NCBI GenBank assembly: GCA_965240325.2
Contig: OZ251241.1
Location: 930,001-994,000 of the forward strand
Direction: 5' to 3'
DNA length: 64,000 bases
Source: Rebecca billardiae RCC1528
Taxonomy: Eukaryota > Protista > Haptophyta
The notes beneath the pieces are model-generated. The model was not told where the DNA came from, did not search any database, and saw only the letters and a program-made list of their open reading frames with translations. The translations under genes were made by a program, and so were the position numbers. The number at the start of each line of letters is the position of its first letter. Positions within the stretch are counted from its first letter, which is position 1. Shown here piece after piece: positions 35,871 to 47,689 of the stretch.

Positions 35871-37232
35871 TCACAGCACGGACCACAGCATCTTGGTCGT
35901 GATGCCGTCCCTCATCTTCTCCACGGCGAGGCCGAGCTCGGGGTTGTACACGGGCTCGCGGTCAGAGTTCTTGTTCGAATCGGCGTAGTACGCCGAGAAC
36001 GAGTCGACGGGCTCGTCCCCGTCGACCCCGCTAACGATCTCGACGTCGTCCTGCCTCTTGGGCACCGTCACCTGCGCGCGCGCGCACACGCCCGATGCGA
36101 GCCCGGCGCGAGGGGTGCATTCCGGGTCGGATGAGCCCGGCGCTCAGCGCGTGCGCGCTCGAGGCCATGGCACGGGCGGCGCACCTCTTGCAGCGTCTCC
36201 GGCTTCTCCTCCAGCTTGTACTCCACGCCGAGCACCGGCGAGACCGAGTAGACCTGGTGCAGCGAGGTGATCTCCTTGAACACGTCGTTGAGCCGCTCGG
36301 ACGGGTCGATCCTGAAGCCGAGGATGTAGCCGCCCGACTCCCGCGAGGTCTCGATGACGAGCGCGGGGCCGAACTTGGAGTCGCGTATTCTGATCGTCTT
36401 GATCTGCAGGTACGGCATCGACACGTTGAAGTTCTCCGCGAGGTTCGCGTGCCACACCACGCGCACGTTGGTGATGTAGAAAGTACCCAGGTTACCCTGG
36501 TCGCTCGAGAGGTTCCAGATGCCGCTCAGCTTGTTGTACACTTCCTCCCTGGGCAGGAGCACGAGCGCCTTCTCCTTGATGATGGCGGCGCGTAGCTTGA
36601 GGTCTCGGTACAGCTTGGACGTGTCGTACGCGCGGTACACCGCCTGCGCGTGCCGCGCGCGCGCGAGCGGGCACGGCCACGGTCACGCGTGACCGCGCGA
36701 CGGCACGCTGGCGCGCGGCCGCAGCCGCGCGCACACCTGCACCGTCGTGAAGAGGCGTGGGCTGCCGCGGACGAGGTTGGTGAAGATGAACTCGAACTTG
36801 GAGTCGGTGTACTTGGTCATGACGTACAACGCCTGCGTGTTCCCGCGCAACCTCGAGCTCGCCGTCTTGATGTTGATGGAGAGCACGCAGTTGTAGCCGA
36901 TCGACAGGTTCGTGCGCTGCGAGCGCTGCGAGCGCCAGATGAGGCGCAGGTTCGTGATGGCGAGGGATCCCTTCTCGCCGTTGTTGCCCTTTGTGTCCTC
37001 CACGGCGTTGATCGAGTCGATCTCCACCTCCCCTGCGTCGCGCCGTGCGCGCACGTGCGCCACGCGCCGCGGTCATTCGAGCCACACGCACGTCGAATCC
37101 GCCCTGGCCGCGAAGGATCGCACACGCGCGCGCACCCTTCCTCAGCTCGAGGAATGAGGGCTGCACATCGAAGCGAATCTCGCGGTCTTGCCACACGGCG
37201 TTCACATCTTCCTTCTCGTTCTTGTTCACCAT
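35871..37232 (-). CDS. BBS5: Bardet-Biedl syndrome 5 protein (BBSome subunit)
   Basis: [64 protein letters not shown] and [13 protein letters not shown], spread over four exons. Confidence 0.97.
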
Positions 37233-37386
37233 CCCGCCACAGGCGCCCTACAGTCAAGCCAAGCCGTCGGTTCAGTTGGAGCGGACAGCCATCGTGAAAA
37301 CCCGTCGCTTTGGATATGGTCTGATTTACTCTTTTTTGGTAGGCCGCGAGCGCAAAAGTAAAGCCGTCGATGACGACGCAATAAGC

Positions 37387-38079
37387 ATGGGCGATGCCGC
37401 CTGGTGGCCGGCTGAGCTCACGGCTCCGGAGCGCTTTGCCACGGTGGAGGCCGGGCTCTACCGCTCCGCCTTCCCATCAGAGGCGAGCATCTCGTTTCTC
37501 AGCACCCTCGGCTTACGCACAGCCGTCAACCTGAGCCACGAGCGCCTCCAGCACTCTGTCGCGTCCTTCTTCCTCACACGTGACGTGCGCGTGGTGCACC
37601 TTGCCGAGGTCGTGCCGGTGGACATGGAGGACGGCGTGATCGCGAACGATGTACTGAAGGAGGCGCTGGAGTACGCGCTGGATGGCGCGGCGTACCCACT
37701 CCTCCTCATGTCCTCCTCTGGCAACCACGGTGTCGGGGCGGCCATCGGATGCTTGCGACGGCTGCAGGGCTGGACGATTAGCGCCGTGCTCGACGAGTAC
37801 AGATCCTTCGCCGCGCCCTCCGCGCGGTACGCAATAGAGCAGGTGATCGAGCTCTTCGACCTGCAGCTGCTTCGACAGCCCGCCGTGAGCCCCGCATGGC
37901 ACACGGAGCTGCAAGCCGTCTGCGCCGAGGAGCGCGCGTGGCACGCGGCGCGGTGCGAGGAGCTACACGCGCGCTCGCAGCCGCTGCCGGCCTACCTCGA
38001 GTGCTTTTTCCGCGCCGACCGTCTGGTGGCGGACGAAACCGCGGCGCAGTCCAAGGTCGTCGATTCGGACGACGATTGA
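37387..38079 (+). CDS. Siw14/OCA-family (PFA-DSP) phosphatase-like protein, probably inactive
   Basis: PERFATVEAGLYRSAFP, FLSTLGLRT and IGCLRRLQGW...LDEYRSFA. The P-loop reads MSSSGNHG instead of HCxxGxHR. Confidence 0.85.
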   Translation: MGDAAWWPAELTAPERFATVEAGLYRSAFPSEASISFLSTLGLRTAVNLSHERLQHSVASFFLTRDVRVVHLAEVVPVDMEDGVIANDVLKEALEYALDGAAYPLLLMSSSGNHGVGAAIGCLRRLQGWTISAVLDEYRSFAAPSARYAIEQVIELFDLQLLRQPAVSPAWHTELQAVCAEERAWHAARCEELHARSQPLPAYLECFFRADRLVADETAAQSKVVDSDDD

Positions 38080-38875
38080 TCGCCAGGGGCGCTTGGGTGG
38101 CGTGCGGCAGGCAGAGCGGCGCTGACGGCACGATGACGGTCGTCGTGCAACGCGTCAGCCCGCGTGGCACCGGAGCCCAAGTTTGCCTTCGGGGTCGGCC
38201 AAACGACCGCACACGCCACGCCACACGGTCACGCACACCACGCGCGGCCCGCGGCAGGTGCTGAAGTGCGTGCCCTCCCAGCCTCCTGGAACTGTCGACA
38301 GTATCGTATGGTGATTGACGGTCACGGCGTCGAGGTGCCGCGACGGCGCGTCGGAGCCGCGGGGCGACCCGCGGAGCGGCCGGGCCCGGACTCGGAGTGG
38401 TCGGACTCGGAGCCGCCGCCGCGGCCGCGGGCGCGGGCGCAAGCCGTCGTGACCCCGTCGTCGCGCGCCTCGCCGCTCGCGGCCTCGCGCCCTCGCGCAG
38501 CCAGCCGCGATAACGGAGCGTCGTCTCGACGTCACTCGAGCATCGCCATCAGGCAGAATTGGTCGTATAGTAATTAGTATGTATCTGACGATACTTATGT
38601 CGAGTCAAATGCTGCTCTGACCGTTGCTGTCTGCTGAGTGCTGAGCCGCCTGGTTTATTTAATTAATATTTTTCCGGCGCGCACTCAGTCTCATGACTCG
38701 GTACCGAGAAAAACTTGCAAGTCCAGTCTGACTCCAGGAACACATCCACGGCAACGGTGCAGCCGTGTGGCGCGCAGGGGCCGCAGCCACCGCGCGCCAC
38801 TCCAGCAGGCATACCCCTCAACGCGGCGCGCGACCACTCCCGCGCTCGCGCTGCCCCCACCGGCCCGCCGGCGCG

Positions 38876-39631
38876 TCAGATGTCTTTGCGGAACTTCTCG
38901 ACCTCGAGCGGCGATTTGTACGTGCCCAGCATCTTATCCCAGTACATGAAGAGGTGGCCATAGTTCTTGATGAACACCTTGTGGTGCACGTGGTGGTCGC
39001 CGGCGGTGCCGAAGCCGATCTGCCGGAAGAACGGGTCCCACGGGTGCGAGTATTCCGAGTGGATCAGTGTGAGCCACGAGCTATAAATCGTGCCAAACGC
39101 CATGTACGACCAGCAGTTGCAGTGCACGAGGTTGGCCGTCATGAACAGTGGGATGAGGATCATGCACACGGTGTCGGCGATCGAGCCGTTGAAGGCGTCG
39201 AACAGGCGCGGGTTGAGGAACCGGTGGTGCGGCTTGTGCGACGACTTGTAGAACTCCGCCGAGATCTTATGCTCGGCAAAGTGCGCAAACGTCTGCAGAC
39301 AGTCCATGATCAGCAGCTGCGCGACAACGTGCGTCAGGCTCGGGCCGCCCTCGAGCGAGTAGTACGAGGCGGGCATGAGGTTGAACATCCATGTGCCCGT
39401 CAAGTACGAGCCCAGCAGCACGAAGCCCTCGAGCTGCGCCAAGTGCGTCGCCACCCCCTCAAAGAAGTTGTACTTCTGCGCGCCCTCTTTCTGAATCGGC
39501 GTCACGTGGCCGAATCGCAGGTAGAGGTAGTGGTAGATGATGACGAAGACCTGGCCGACGGCCACTGAGAGGATCCCAAGGCTGAGCCCCAATGGGCTCG
39601 GCCATTCGCGCGCGACGCTCGGGGCCTCCAT
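38876..39631 (-). CDS. Fatty acid hydroxylase / sterol desaturase superfamily protein
   Basis: His boxes HFAEH, HKPHH and LIH...HHVHH followed by NYG...WDKMLGTY, with transmembrane segments. Confidence 0.88.
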   Translation of the reverse strand: MEAPSVAREWPSPLGLSLGILSVAVGQVFVIIYHYLYLRFGHVTPIQKEGAQKYNFFEGVATHLAQLEGFVLLGSYLTGTWMFNLMPASYYSLEGGPSLTHVVAQLLIMDCLQTFAHFAEHKISAEFYKSSHKPHHRFLNPRLFDAFNGSIADTVCMILIPLFMTANLVHCNCWSYMAFGTIYSSWLTLIHSEYSHPWDPFFRQIGFGTAGDHHVHHKVFIKNYGHLFMYWDKMLGTYKSPLEVEKFRKDI

Positions 39632-39929
39632 GCGCGCGCACGCGCGCTCGCGCTCGTCCAGAAGCTGCGACGCCTCTTCTCGCAGAAACCTGCTCAGAGA
39701 TTCCTGATTCGCCGCGCGTTCCGGTGTTTGGCGGGACCGCTCCAGACGGAGAAGCCGCTCTGCTCGCGCGTCGAGCGGTCGTTCGGCCGAGTCCGGGCGC
39801 CGCGGCCTCGCCGCCTCGTCGCCTTTTTTTTCTTTGCGGCCGCGGCCTTTTTATTTGATCGCCCGACCGGGGCAGGACCAGGATGGCGTTCGTCCTTCTG
39901 TAACCGTGGCCGAGCTTTGCACAAGGCCC

Positions 39930-41621
39930 ATGGAACCCGGTACGGGCTCGCGCGACCACTGCGCGCGGCGCATGGCCGGCGCTGACACATCGCACCGCGT
40001 GTGCGCGTCCCCACCCGATCCGCGCAGCCATGTTCATGCGGATACGATACGAGCGCCTCCACACGGAGGCGCAGCGGCGCGCACAGCAGCGCGTTCGCGA
40101 CGCGGCGGCGCGCAAGCGCGAGGAGCAGGTGCGGCCTCCGCGCAGGCGCCTCGCGCGCTGCGGCGTGCGGTCACGTGCGTGACAACACTACTCCCGTCCC
40201 GCCGCCCACGGCGCCCACGGCGCCCTCGCTGATGTGCCCACCGCGCGTCCCGCGACCGGGGCCCACACCGTCTCTCGATCGCGCGCGCGCAGGCGAACCA
40301 GCACATGCGCTACGCCGTTCGCAACCCGCCGCCCGACCTGCGGCCACCACCGCAGCCGAAGCACACGGTCGACTCGCGCGTCGCCCGGCCGCCGCCACCC
40401 CCGCCGCCACTCCTGCCCGTCGTGACGCTGCGCGCCCCCAGCCACCTGTGGGTGTTTGCCGATGGCGGCGCGGGCGGCGGCGCAGCCGAGGGCGAGGATG
40501 ACGGGGGCAGCCTCCTCGAGAGGCGCGCGCAGGTGCACGGCCGGCTGGCGGTGTGCATCCTGCGCGACGTGCTGCGCGCCAACGTCGAGGACGAGGTCGG
40601 CGCCGGCACCCGCCGCCACGCCGCGATCGAGGCGCAGCTGCTCGACCTCGCGTTCGAGCACCTCAAGCGGATGGAGGCTCTGCTCGAGCCGCCCGCCGCG
40701 CCGCACGCGCGGAGAGCGGGCGGCGGCGCCGGCGGCGCCGGCGCGCGCGGCGCCGCGCGCGCCGCGCCTGCGCCGCCGCCGCCGCAGCCGCACGAGCCAA
40801 CGCCCGGCGGCTCGATCGAGCCGACGCGGCGCGTCGAGCTGCTCGGTGTCACGTACTCCAACCTTGCCGCCTTCTTCTACCGCCGCGGCAAGCTGCGCTC
40901 GGCGCTAGACTACTGCTACCGCGCGGGCACGCTCGAGCGCCAGCTGTACGAGCGCGTCGAGTTCTCCACGCACCTGCGCACCGCCGCGGTGCTCGCGGAG
41001 CTCAACTGCCAGCGCGATGCGCTCGTGCACTGCGAGCAGGCGTGGAAGACGCTGCTGCTCTCTGCGCGCTTTGCGCGAACCGCCGCCGCCTCGAGCCGCG
41101 CGGCAGACGAGGGCGGCGGCGCGGACGAGGGCGGCTCGTCCGTCCCGGAGCAGCCGGAGGACATGTTCGACCCGACCGAGCTGCCGCCCGAGTACGTGCG
41201 CGCGGCGGCGGTGGTGTGCAACAACCTCGCGGTCGCGCTCTTCCAGCTGCACAGGCACGCGGAGGGGCTCGAGGTTGCCGAGCAGGCCGAGCAATACGCG
41301 AACGCCGTGCTGCCGCCCGACCACGCCGACAGCGTGACCGTGGCGCACACGGCGCGGTACGCGCGCGTGTTCGCCGAGTACGCCGAGCTCCTCGAGCGCT
41401 CGGCGAGCGAGGGCATCCGCCCGCAGGGCAGCGAGGGCTTCGATGCGTACGAGGAGGGGGACCTGCGCGAAGACTCGACGCTGCGCCGGGAGTACCACGC
41501 GGACGACCGCCATCGCTACATCACCGACGAGCAGAGCCGGGAATATTACGAGGAGGGCTCGCTCGGCGCGCTGCCCTCGCTTGCGTCCGCAGGGCGCGAC
41601 AGCCGCGTGTGGCGGGGATGA
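39930..41621 (+). CDS. Uncharacterised protein with tetratricopeptide-like helical repeats
   Basis: GVTYSNLAAFFYRRGKLRSALDY and AVVCNNLAVALFQLHRHAEG are TPR-like. Upstream exons are inferred through introns 39940-40027 and 40129-40292, both of which keep the frame. Confidence 0.65.
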
Positions 41622-42385
41622 CTCGCTCCGATGCGCGCGATGCTGGGGGAGCTCGCGTGCAGGCGCGTGCGTGCAAGCGCCACGCCGACAGGCCGCTGGC
41701 ACTGTGGCGCTGAACGAATTCTGAAAATAACAAATTGGCAGGAATGAGGAATCGTGCCAGGCGCCGGGCGGCCGGCGCCGGCAGACCGCAGAGCGATAGG
41801 CCAAGATTCCGCGATACGCATGCTACAGATGATATGCTGATGACGATAACTCAGTGATGACGATGATGATGATGCCTGATGATGATGCGGTCATGTATAA
41901 TGGATTCACTGAGATTACTGAGATATGATGGCCATCGATATATGACTCCGATGAGTCAGACTACAGAGTGACGACGTTTTGTGGACGACGGACGGACGGT
42001 GCCGGTGGGCCCGGGCGGTGGGGCGAGGACGTCGGACGTCGGTCGACGGGCGGCGCTCACGCTGGCGCGCCGCGAGGCGGCCGCACTCACTCACTCCGCC
42101 GCAGCCCTCACTCATCCAGGGCCAGGCCGCTCGCAGGCGGACGGATCGGACTGACGAATTTTCCGGCCGGCGCAGTACCATCATCGGCGACGGCTTCATG
42201 GGCGGTGACAGTTGGCGGGCGTCAATCTCGCCTGCCTGAGCTGTGTGCGTCTCTTATTCTTAGTAAACTGTACTCTGTAGTCGGAGTCTGCCGTCTGCGG
42301 TGACCCGCCAGCCGGGCCAGCGGCCAGCTCGGAAGACAGCTGAAGTTATGCTGGTGCCGAGACGACCGCAGTGCGCAGGAGCCTG

Positions 42386-43288
42386 TCACGATCCCAATTG
42401 AGACGACTCGTTGGTGGTGGTATCCGCCAGCGGAGCCCCCGCCAGTGCTCGCCTGGCTGGCTGCTGCGTTGAGTCGTCGGCGCGCAGCCGTTTGCTGCCG
42501 CTCACCCGGCTGCGCTGGGCGGTGTGCGTGTGCTTCAGCAGGCAGAGCTCCCCACGTGGGCAAGTGCCAGACGCGACCCACTCGTCGCACACCAGCAGGT
42601 GCTTGGACGTGCACGCCTCGCCGCGCGCGCAGAAGCCCTCGCAGAAGTTGGCGCACAGCGGCGCCGCCCGGCTCACCGCCACGTGCGCGTACGCACACGC
42701 GCTGTCCGTGCACAGGCCACGCATGAAGAAGACACACGTCGGCGTGCGCTCGGGCGTGCGCTCGTGTGAGAGCGGGCATACCGTGCCCTCGGCGTCCGCG
42801 TCGCTGGAGCCCGCGCCGCGGGCATGCGGGCATGCGCCGCGAAGGAACGCGCGGCACAGCGCAACGCGCGTGGGATCATGCACGTACTTGCACGCGTCGC
42901 CGCGCTCGCACGTGCCAGTGCGCATGAAGAAGCGACACGGCTCATTCGGGCGCGCAGCCGTGGCGCGCGCCTCCTGCGGGTCGAGCACGGTGCGCCCGGC
43001 GATGTGGCCCATCGCCGCCGCTGCAACACGTTCTCCCGCGAGCTTGACGAGGGGCGCCATCGCCGTCTGTGGCACGGCATTCGCGCGCGGCGCCTGAGCC
43101 GGGGGCGCTCGTGATGAGGGGGCGCGTGGCGCGGTTGCCTTGCCCGCGACCACCTTCCGCGTCGCCGTCGCGTCCGCACCGCCCGGTGTGTCATGCGAGT
43201 ACGCGCAGCGCGGGTTCGCGCAGTGGCCTGCGCGGAAGTACCGGCACGGCGGCCGTGCGCTCGTCTGCGGCACCACCGTCCGCCTCAT
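42386..43288 (-). CDS. Tandem CCCH zinc-finger protein (ZC3H3/CPSF30-like)
   Basis: Six C-x(7-8)-C-x(4-5)-C-x3-H type fingers, one with an insertion (CRYFRAGHC, CRFFMRTGTC, CVFFMRGLC, CANFCEGFC and others). The start codon is uncertain. Confidence 0.85.
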   Translation of the reverse strand: MRRTVVPQTSARPPCRYFRAGHCANPRCAYSHDTPGGADATATRKVVAGKATAPRAPSSRAPPAQAPRANAVPQTAMAPLVKLAGERVAAAAMGHIAGRTVLDPQEARATAARPNEPCRFFMRTGTCERGDACKYVHDPTRVALCRAFLRGACPHARGAGSSDADAEGTVCPLSHERTPERTPTCVFFMRGLCTDSACAYAHVAVSRAAPLCANFCEGFCARGEACTSKHLLVCDEWVASGTCPRGELCLLKHTHTAQRSRVSGSKRLRADDSTQQPARRALAGAPLADTTTNESSQLGS

Positions 43289-43437
43289 CCTACAAGCTCC
43301 GCCATCGTGCCCTTGTGCCCTCTTTTGCTCCGGCCAGCCGCACGCACGTGTCGACTCGGTCGCTGCTGGGCTCCGTTCGTTCGCCTCGCCCGTCGGTCGC
43401 CGGCCCGCGGGTCCAGCCAGCTCGCCGCGTCGCAAGC

Positions 43438-46010
43438 ATGCGCCTGGCGCTCATCGCGCTCGCGGCGTGGGCCGCGTGGCCGTGCGGCCTCGCGCGCTCG
43501 GCGCCTCGCGCGTCCTCGCGCATCGCGCCACGCGCGCGCACCATGCCGCTGATGTCCACGGCGACGCCGTCCTACTCGGCCGAAGACATCACTGTGCTGG
43601 AAGGCCTCGAGCCCGTGCGCAAGCGGCCGGGCATGTACATCGGCTCGACGGGCCCCTCGGGGCTCCACCACCTCGTGTACGAGGTCGTTGACAACTCCGT
43701 CGACGAGGCGCTCGCCGGGCACTGCACGTGCGTGCTGGTCGTGCTGCAGCCTGACGGCTCGGTCTCAGTTGAGGACGACGGCCGCGGAATCCCGTGCGAC
43801 ACGCACGCCAAGACGGGGCGCTCGGCGCTCGAGACGGTGATGACCGTGCTCCACGCCGGCGGCAAGTTTGGCGACGCGGGGTACGCCGTCTCGGGCGGCC
43901 TCCACGGCGTGGGCGTGTCGGTTGTGAACGCGCTGTCCGAGCGGTGCGTCGTCGAGGTGCGGCGCGGCGGCTTCGAGCACCGGATGGAGTTCAGCCGGGG
44001 CAAGGTGACCTCGCCGATCACGCGCATGCCGATCGACGCCGCCGACCGCGAGCGGCCCGCCGGCACGGGCTGGAGCAGACCACGCCCGTCGGGCACGCGC
44101 GTCACGTTCACCCCGGACGTGTCCATCTTCAAGGAGTCGGTCGACTTCGACACCGAGACGCTCGCGCGCCGCTTCGACCAGCTGGCGTACCTGAACGCGG
44201 GGCTGGTGATCGAGCTGCTCGATCGTAGGCAACGCGACGGCGGCGTGGCGCCCGCGGCCGACGGCGCGGACGCCGCTGACAGCGTCACTGCCGCGACCGG
44301 CGCAGCCGGCACGGCCGGCTCGGCTGAGGCCGGCTCGGCCGAGGCCGGCTCGGCGGAGGCGGCCGAAGCGGCACCGCCGGTGCGCCGCTTCGTGCACGAG
44401 GGGGGGATCATCGAGATGGTGAACGACCTGTGCGGCGGCGGGCGCAAGGCGGCGAAGTCGGCGTCGGCCAAGGGCGAGGGCGGGGCGCAGGGCAAGCGCG
44501 CCGCCGCGACCTCGCCGCCGCTGCTCGCGCCCGAGCCCATCTCAATCCGCTCAGAGCGGCGCGGAGTGCAGGTGGACATCGCGCTGCAGTGGGCGCAGTC
44601 CGCGTACAGCGAGCGGCTGCTCTCGTTCGCCAACGGCATCCACACGCCGGCGGGGGGCACGCACGTCGACGGGCTCAAGGCGTCCCTCACGCGCGTCGTG
44701 AACGCCTGCCTCAAGCGCGCCCTCGCCTCTGGCGGCAGCGCGGGTGCAGGCGGCGGCGCGGGCGGCGCGCCCAAGGCCAAAGGCGCCGCGCCCAAGGTGA
44801 AGGGGGCGAAGGAGGTCGGCAATCTCGCCGGCGAGTACATCCGCGAGGGGCTCACGGCGGTGATCTCGGTGAAGCTGAGCAACCCCGAGTTCGAGGGGCA
44901 GACCAAGTCGAAGCTCGGCTCGTCGGAGGTGCGCAGCGCCGTCGACTCGGCCGTCTCCGAGGCGCTGACAGCGTACTTTGATTTTCAGCCCAAGGTGCTG
45001 GCAGCCATCACGGCCAAGGCGATCGCCGCGGCGCGCGCGGCCGAGGCGGCCAAGGCGGCGCGCGACCTGATGCGCTCCAAGTCCGTGATGCACCGCACCG
45101 TGCTGCCCGGCAAGCTCTCGGACTGCTCGAGCGACGACCCGACCACCTCGGAGCTCTTCCTTGTCGAGGGCGACTCGGCGGGCGGCTCGGCCAAGCAGGG
45201 CCGAGACCGGCGCAATCAGGCGATCCTGCCCCTGCGCGGCAAGATCCTCAACATCGAGAAGGCGCGCGCCGCGGCGCGCTGCGGCGCGCCGGGGGCAGCC
45301 GCGGCCGCGCCGCGCCCGGCGTCCTGACGCACGCGCGTCCCTCCGCGCCGCGCTCCGCCGCCGCTCCTCGGGCGCGCGGCCGGCCGCAGGTGGACGAGAA
45401 GAGGCTCTACCAGAACACCGAGATTCAATCTCTGGTGACCAGCCTTGGGCTGGGCACGCGCGGCGAGCCGCTCTCGCGGCAGAACCTGAGGTACCACCGC
45501 GTGATCGTGATGACGGACGCGGACGTCGACGGCGCGCACATCCGCACGCTCCTCCTCACCTTCTTCTACCGGTACGTCCCCGAGCTGCTGCTCGATGGAC
45601 ACGTGTACGTGGCGTGCCCGCCGCTGTACAAGGTGGCTGTCGGCCGGCGCAACTACTACTGCAGCTCGGACGAGGAGGCGGACGCGCTGATGCAGAAGCA
45701 CCCGAAGGCGTCGCTGCAGCGGTTCAAGGGGCTGGGTGCGCGCGGCCCGCCGCGCCCCGGCGCTGCGCGCGAGCCGCTCACAGCCCCGCGCCCCGCTGCG
45801 CCGCGCGCATGCGCAGGTGAGATGATGCCCAACGAGCTGTGGCGCACGACCATGGACCCGACGCAGCGCACGCTCAAGCAGATGTCGGTCGTCGACGCGC
45901 AGCAGGCCGACTCGGTCTTCACGACGCTGATGGGCGAGAACGTCGCGAGTCGCAAGCACTTCATCGAGAGCAATGCGCATACCATTGAGGAGGACGCCAT
46001 TGACGTCTGA
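43438..46010 (+). CDS. gyrB: DNA gyrase subunit B, nucleus-encoded and organelle-targeted
   Basis: LEGLEPVRKRPGMYIG, EVVDNSVDE, LHAGGKF, EGQTK, LVEGDSAGGSAKQGRDR, PLRGKILN, MTDADVDG and RFKGLGEM. Signal-plus-transit presequence. Introns at 45262-45389 (GC-AG) and 45736-45816. Confidence 0.96.
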
Positions 46011-46359
46011 CGGGGCTCGCGTGATGACTGTGACTCCGAGCAGCGTGATCGGAGACTGCTGCCGTCTGCTGGCCTGTCAGAGAGCACGGTGATGACGACT
46101 GGGTGCTGCCCGGCCGCCAACTCGCGCAGCGCTTCGCTCTGCTGGGACGCAATGCGGCAGCACTGACGGACCGCGTCTCAGTCGTAGCCAGTGTATACTC
46201 GTCACTAGCTATACTTACCATTCAGGCGGGCATTGCCGGGTTGCACCCGGCAATGCTGCATTCACCCCGGTCCTACCGGAATGCAGGGCTCGCCCCGCTG
46301 GCCGCTCCGTGACCGTCAGCGCCGCGCGCCACACAGGCCACCACGACTTCATTATCATC

Positions 46360-46810
46360 AATACTGCTGCACGCATGATGGTAGTGACAGAGTACTGGCG
46401 GTACTGCTGCGCGCATGGTATGGTACTGCTGGGCGCGTGGTATGGCACTCACATGGTCGTATGGTATGGTACTGCTGCACGCATGATGGTATGGTACTGC
46501 TGCGCGCATGGTAGCAGTATGGTAAGTACTGCTGCGCGCATGGTATGGTACTGCCACGTGCATGGTACAGTATGGTACTGCTGCACGCATGTTGGTATGG
46601 TACTGGCGGTACTGCTGCGCGCATGGTATGGCACTGCTGTGCGCATGGTATGGTACTGCTGCGTGCATGGTATGGTACTGCTGCACGCAAGAAACAAACA
46701 AGCGCGCAGGTGGTGGGAGCCAAGCAAGCAGACGCAAGCGCGCAGGTGGTGGGAGAAGCAAGCGCGCAGGTGGTGGGAGTGCTCGCAGGTGGTGGGAGAA
46801 GCAAGAACCA
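46360..46810. repeat. Minisatellites: about 22-bp ATGGTATGGTACTGCTGCRCGC units, then GCGCGCAGGTGGTGGGAG units
   Basis: More than 10 imperfect copies of the first unit and 4 of the second. Confidence 0.9.
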
Positions 46811-47136
46811 GCAGCTCGAAGCAGCAGGCACTCCGATGCGGCACCTCCCGAAGCTGCTGCATCCTTCTGACCGCCCGCGGTTTGCAGACGAAGCGTGGCC
46901 GCGACTACGAGCCGCACGCGCACGCGGTGCGCGCAGCGGTCATGGCGCTGGGTCCGGCGAGCAGCCGGGGTGAGGTTCAGGTACGAGGGGCACACACTAT
47001 TCCGCATGCGCCTTGGCACCGACCACGCGCCGCATCCACTGGGAGATCTGCGGCCGCAAGAAGCGCGCGCCTTGGCGAGGGCGAAGCATCGTAGACCCGC
47101 CACCCGCCTGCGCAGTGCTTCCGCACCGCCGGCCGG

Positions 47137-47660
47137 GGCGGTCCGGCACTGCTTGCTTGGTATTTGTCCGGCTTCCTCAGCTCATACATCATCAGTCCTC
47201 ACTCCTTCACCGATCACTGCGCACCGATCTCATGAAGGGAGCGAGCAACGGAGGAAGCTGAAGCACCTTCACAGGTCCTTGCTCTCTTGAAACAGTGAGG
47301 AACCGGAAGCAACCGAGAGGAAGCTGAACTGCCGTGAACCGTGGCGGTCCGGCACTGCTTGCTTGGTGTTTGTCCGGCTTCCTCAGCTCATACATCATCA
47401 GTCCTCACTCCTTCACCGCGATCACTGCGCACCGATCTCATGAAGGGAGCGAGCAACTGATGTAAGCACCTTCACGGGTCCTGCTCTCTTGCCGAACCGT
47501 GGCGGTCCGGCACTGCTTGCTTGGTGTTTGTCCGGCTTCCTCAGCTCATACATCATCAGTCCTCACTCCTTCACCGCGATCACTGCGCACCGATCTCATG
47601 AAGGGAGCGAGCAACTGATGTAAGCACCTTCACGGGTCCTTGCTCTCTTGCCGAACCGTG
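47137..47660. repeat. Three tandem copies of a 160-200 bp unit
   Basis: GGCGGTCCGGCACTGCTTGCTTGG...ATGAAGGGAGCGAGCAAC starts at 47137, 47343 and 47501. Confidence 0.92.
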
Positions 47661-47689
47661 AGGAACGAGCCGGTGGAGCAAGGGCGGTC

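Noticed and set aside
43438-46010. Bacterial contamination or recent HGT suggested by gyrB
   Set aside because: The gene has spliceosomal introns, host-like composition and a targeting presequence, as expected for organellar gyrase.
46360-47660. Repeat arrays as a possible CRISPR
   Set aside because: The units are contiguous with no unique spacers, there are no cas genes, and the context is eukaryotic.
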